Part shown: piece by piece, positions 53,044 through 54,749 of the stretch
How positions within the stretch are numbered: position 1 is the first letter of the stretch
Layout: each line of letters begins with the position of its first letter
Assembly (NCBI GenBank): GCA_934140285.1
Contig: CAKPBI010000012.1
Coordinates: 1 to 54,749, forward strand
Direction of reading: 5' to 3'
DNA: 54,749 nt
DNA from: an uncultured Bacilli bacterium
Lineage (GTDB): Bacteria; Bacillota_I; Bacilli_A; ML615J-28; CAG-313
Notes under the pieces: generated by a model
Databases searched by the model: none
What the model saw: only the letters and a program-made list of their open reading frames with translations
Told to the model about the DNA's origin: nothing
Translations under genes and position numbers: made by a program

Positions 53044-53598
53044 TTAATCGTAAAAAACTTGATTTTCAGGTAATGATTTAAATTCATTACTTGCCATTAT
53101 ATAGTCATCAACAATTTTATAGTACGCTTCCCCAAGTCTTTTACTATTTTTCCACTCATCTATAGTGATAGATGTTGCACCATAAATAGTGATATTTTTT
53201 GAAATCGTTCCTGCTATTATACTTATTTTTATATCATATGAAGGTACAACGAGATTATCACTAACAGTTAGTTCTTTTTGACGTCGGTCAATGAAACTTT
53301 CTCTAAATATTTCGTAGATTTCTTTCATTTCTTCTTCACTAAATTTAAGGATTGTTTCGCAATCACAGTTTAAATCAAAATTATAACCATTTTTAAGAAC
53401 TCCAGTTTTTGAATCATAAGATCCACTATAACTAAATGTTAAGCTAAAAGCAAAATTATCTGGCATTTTCCTTGGTAATGATGTCATATTACTATCACAT
53501 CCTACTAAAGTAAGACATCCTATTACTAAATAAATCATCACTAAAATTTTCTTCATAACTTTCCTCCTAATTTTTACCATCGTATATTTATACAACAA
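53044..53598 (-). CDS. Hypothetical lipoprotein
   Basis: Lipobox LVIGCLTLVGCDSN. The probable start is the internal MKKILVMIY. Confidence 0.4.
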   Translation of the reverse strand: MLYKYTMVKIRRKVMKKILVMIYLVIGCLTLVGCDSNMTSLPRKMPDNFAFSLTFSYSGSYDSKTGVLKNGYNFDLNCDCETILKFSEEEMKEIYEIFRESFIDRRQKELTVSDNLVVPSYDIKISIIAGTISKNITIYGATSITIDEWKNSKRLGEAYYKIVDDYIMASNEFKSLPENQVFYD

Positions 53599-54005
53599 AT
53601 AAATGAATACTTTTTACAATTTATTTTATTTCTAGAAAAGAATACTCCTAAATATCTTTTATCGACTAAATTAAAATAACTTAATATCATACGATATTTA
53701 TTTATATGTATGGTTCTATCACAGTCAATTTTTCTTTATTTACTAGAATCAGGGCTTGCATAAATAATACATAAACATAAATTACCTACAAGCATCAAAA
53801 ATGCTCCATTAGCACCAAATAAAACACAGATTCTACATCATTTTAACTCCCTTATATTCATTTTGAAATCCTCTGTTTAATTCTTACTATTCATTATTTA
53901 TATTTTAGTATAGTTTCTCCGCTTTTCAATAAATCATGATTTTACTATTTTTAAAAAAACTACATGAATTCATCTTTACTCATGTAGTCTTTATAGATTA
54001 TATTA

Positions 54006-54749
54006 TTATTTTAATCTTCTCTTTTTATTTGGATGTAAAAGATATGATATACCAAAGAAAAATACCGCCACTGCTACAGCACCGATTAATCCTAAACAAA
54101 TGTAGCTTAGAACATATAAATGTGTAGTATCATTTTTAGTAGTATCTGTTAATGCACGAATCATTTCCTCTAATTCGTTATCTTTTTGGGCTGTTTCATC
54201 TTTTAATTTATCTAAAGATTCTTGTAATAGACTAATTGCATTCCAAATTTTTTCTTCAGAAGTCTTTACATCAGATTTTAAAGCATCAATTAAGTCTTTT
54301 AATTCTTCATCTTTTTCTACAAGAGATGTAATCTTACTATTAATTACTAAATTAGCAGCTTCACATGCTTCTTTCGCAGCATTAAGCTCTTTTCTGATTT
54401 CTTCTTTGTTGGCCGCAATAGATAAATTTAAATCACTAACTGCAGTATTAAGGTTAGCTTGAACAGCATCTATTGTTTCTTGTAAAGCTGTATCTGCATC
54501 TTCAGATGATTTAGCTAAAGCATCAATTAAACCTTTTAATTCAACATCTTTATTTTCAAGATCTTGGATCTTTCCATTAATAACTGTATCTGCTAGTTCA
54601 TAAGCTGTAATTACATCGTTTAATTTAGTTTCAATGTCTGTTTTATTATTAGTTATTGTATCAGTTAAACTCGTGATTGCGTTATCAAGGTTAGTTTGAA
54701 CTACATTTATTGCTTCTTGTAATGCAACATCTGCTTCTTCAGATGATGT
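54006..54749 (-). CDS. 3' part of a coiled-coil repeat protein with a C-terminal TM anchor. The 5' end lies beyond the window.
   Basis: The minus-strand frame is open from the window edge. ~80-aa repeats of the form DALQETIDAVQANLNTAVSDLN.. / DVALQEAINVVQTNLDNAITSLTD.. End ...LYVLSYICLGLIGAVAVAVFFFGISYLLHPNKKRRLK*. Matching DNA repeats in 54400-54749. Confidence 0.5.
   Translation of the reverse strand, partial: TSSEEADVALQEAINVVQTNLDNAITSLTDTITNNKTDIETKLNDVITAYELADTVINGKIQDLENKDVELKGLIDALAKSSEDADTALQETIDAVQANLNTAVSDLNLSIAANKEEIRKELNAAKEACEAANLVINSKITSLVEKDEELKDLIDALKSDVKTSEEKIWNAISLLQESLDKLKDETAQKDNELEEMIRALTDTTKNDTTHLYVLSYICLGLIGAVAVAVFFFGISYLLHPNKKRRLK

Noticed and set aside
53599-54005. 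Possible small ORF or RNA in the 400-bp gap
   Set aside because: Only sub-20-aa ORFs are present, and there is no tRNA-like or structured-RNA signature. It is probably promoter and leader sequence.

Overview
The window is AT-rich and looks like a low-GC Firmicute chromosome. It carries a Bacillus-type phoH-ybeY-cdd-era-yqzL-recO block and a spoVAC-spoVAD-spoVAEb-spoVAF operon, so the host is a spore-former, probably Clostridia- or Erysipelotrichia-like. Almost every gene is on the minus strand.

Housekeeping and transport content:
- A cation:proton antiporter gene paired with a P-II/DarA-like gene.
- A guanine-type purine riboswitch with a terminator expression platform, leading a tandem pair of NCS2 nucleobase permease genes (PbuG-like plus a NAT-type).
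- RNase J.
- One 856-aa ORF that is an in-frame PurB–PurA (adenylosuccinate lyase–synthetase) fusion.
- A divergent CrtI-like FAD oxidoreductase gene, an EamA transporter gene, a split ChrA pair, an APC amino-acid permease gene and an HdeD-like gene.
- A Vat-family streptogramin-A acetyltransferase gene clustered with SDR, MATE/MOP and flavin-reductase-like genes.
- A lipoprotein gene with six near-identical Listeria-Bacteroides repeats and an SGNH hydrolase domain.

The most unusual part is an accessory region between about 32.1 and 50.9 kb:
- Gene B at 34652..36271 encodes a YdjI-like SPFH/band-7 protein with five zinc ribbons. Gene A at 32418..34628, 23 bp downstream in the same operon, encodes a zinc-ribbon–TPR–TIR–Sel1/TPR–4TM protein, and its TIR domain keeps the catalytic glutamate.
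- A decayed N-terminal fragment of a second A-like gene lies immediately downstream of the operon.
- A separately transcribed XPB/Rad25-type DEAH helicase with a C-terminal membrane anchor lies immediately upstream of the operon.
- Beyond these are a CofE-like gene, ISL3-like inverted-repeat scars with a transposase N-terminal fragment, and a pRiA4b-ORF3 family gene.
- A 2382-aa surface protein gene (Listeria-Bacteroides repeats plus a GLUG domain) appears to be co-transcribed with an autoregulated TetR gene.

The TIR–SPFH operon is the best candidate for an undescribed defence-like or membrane-stress system. All calls rest on reading the translated ORFs and the DNA by eye. No database searches were run.
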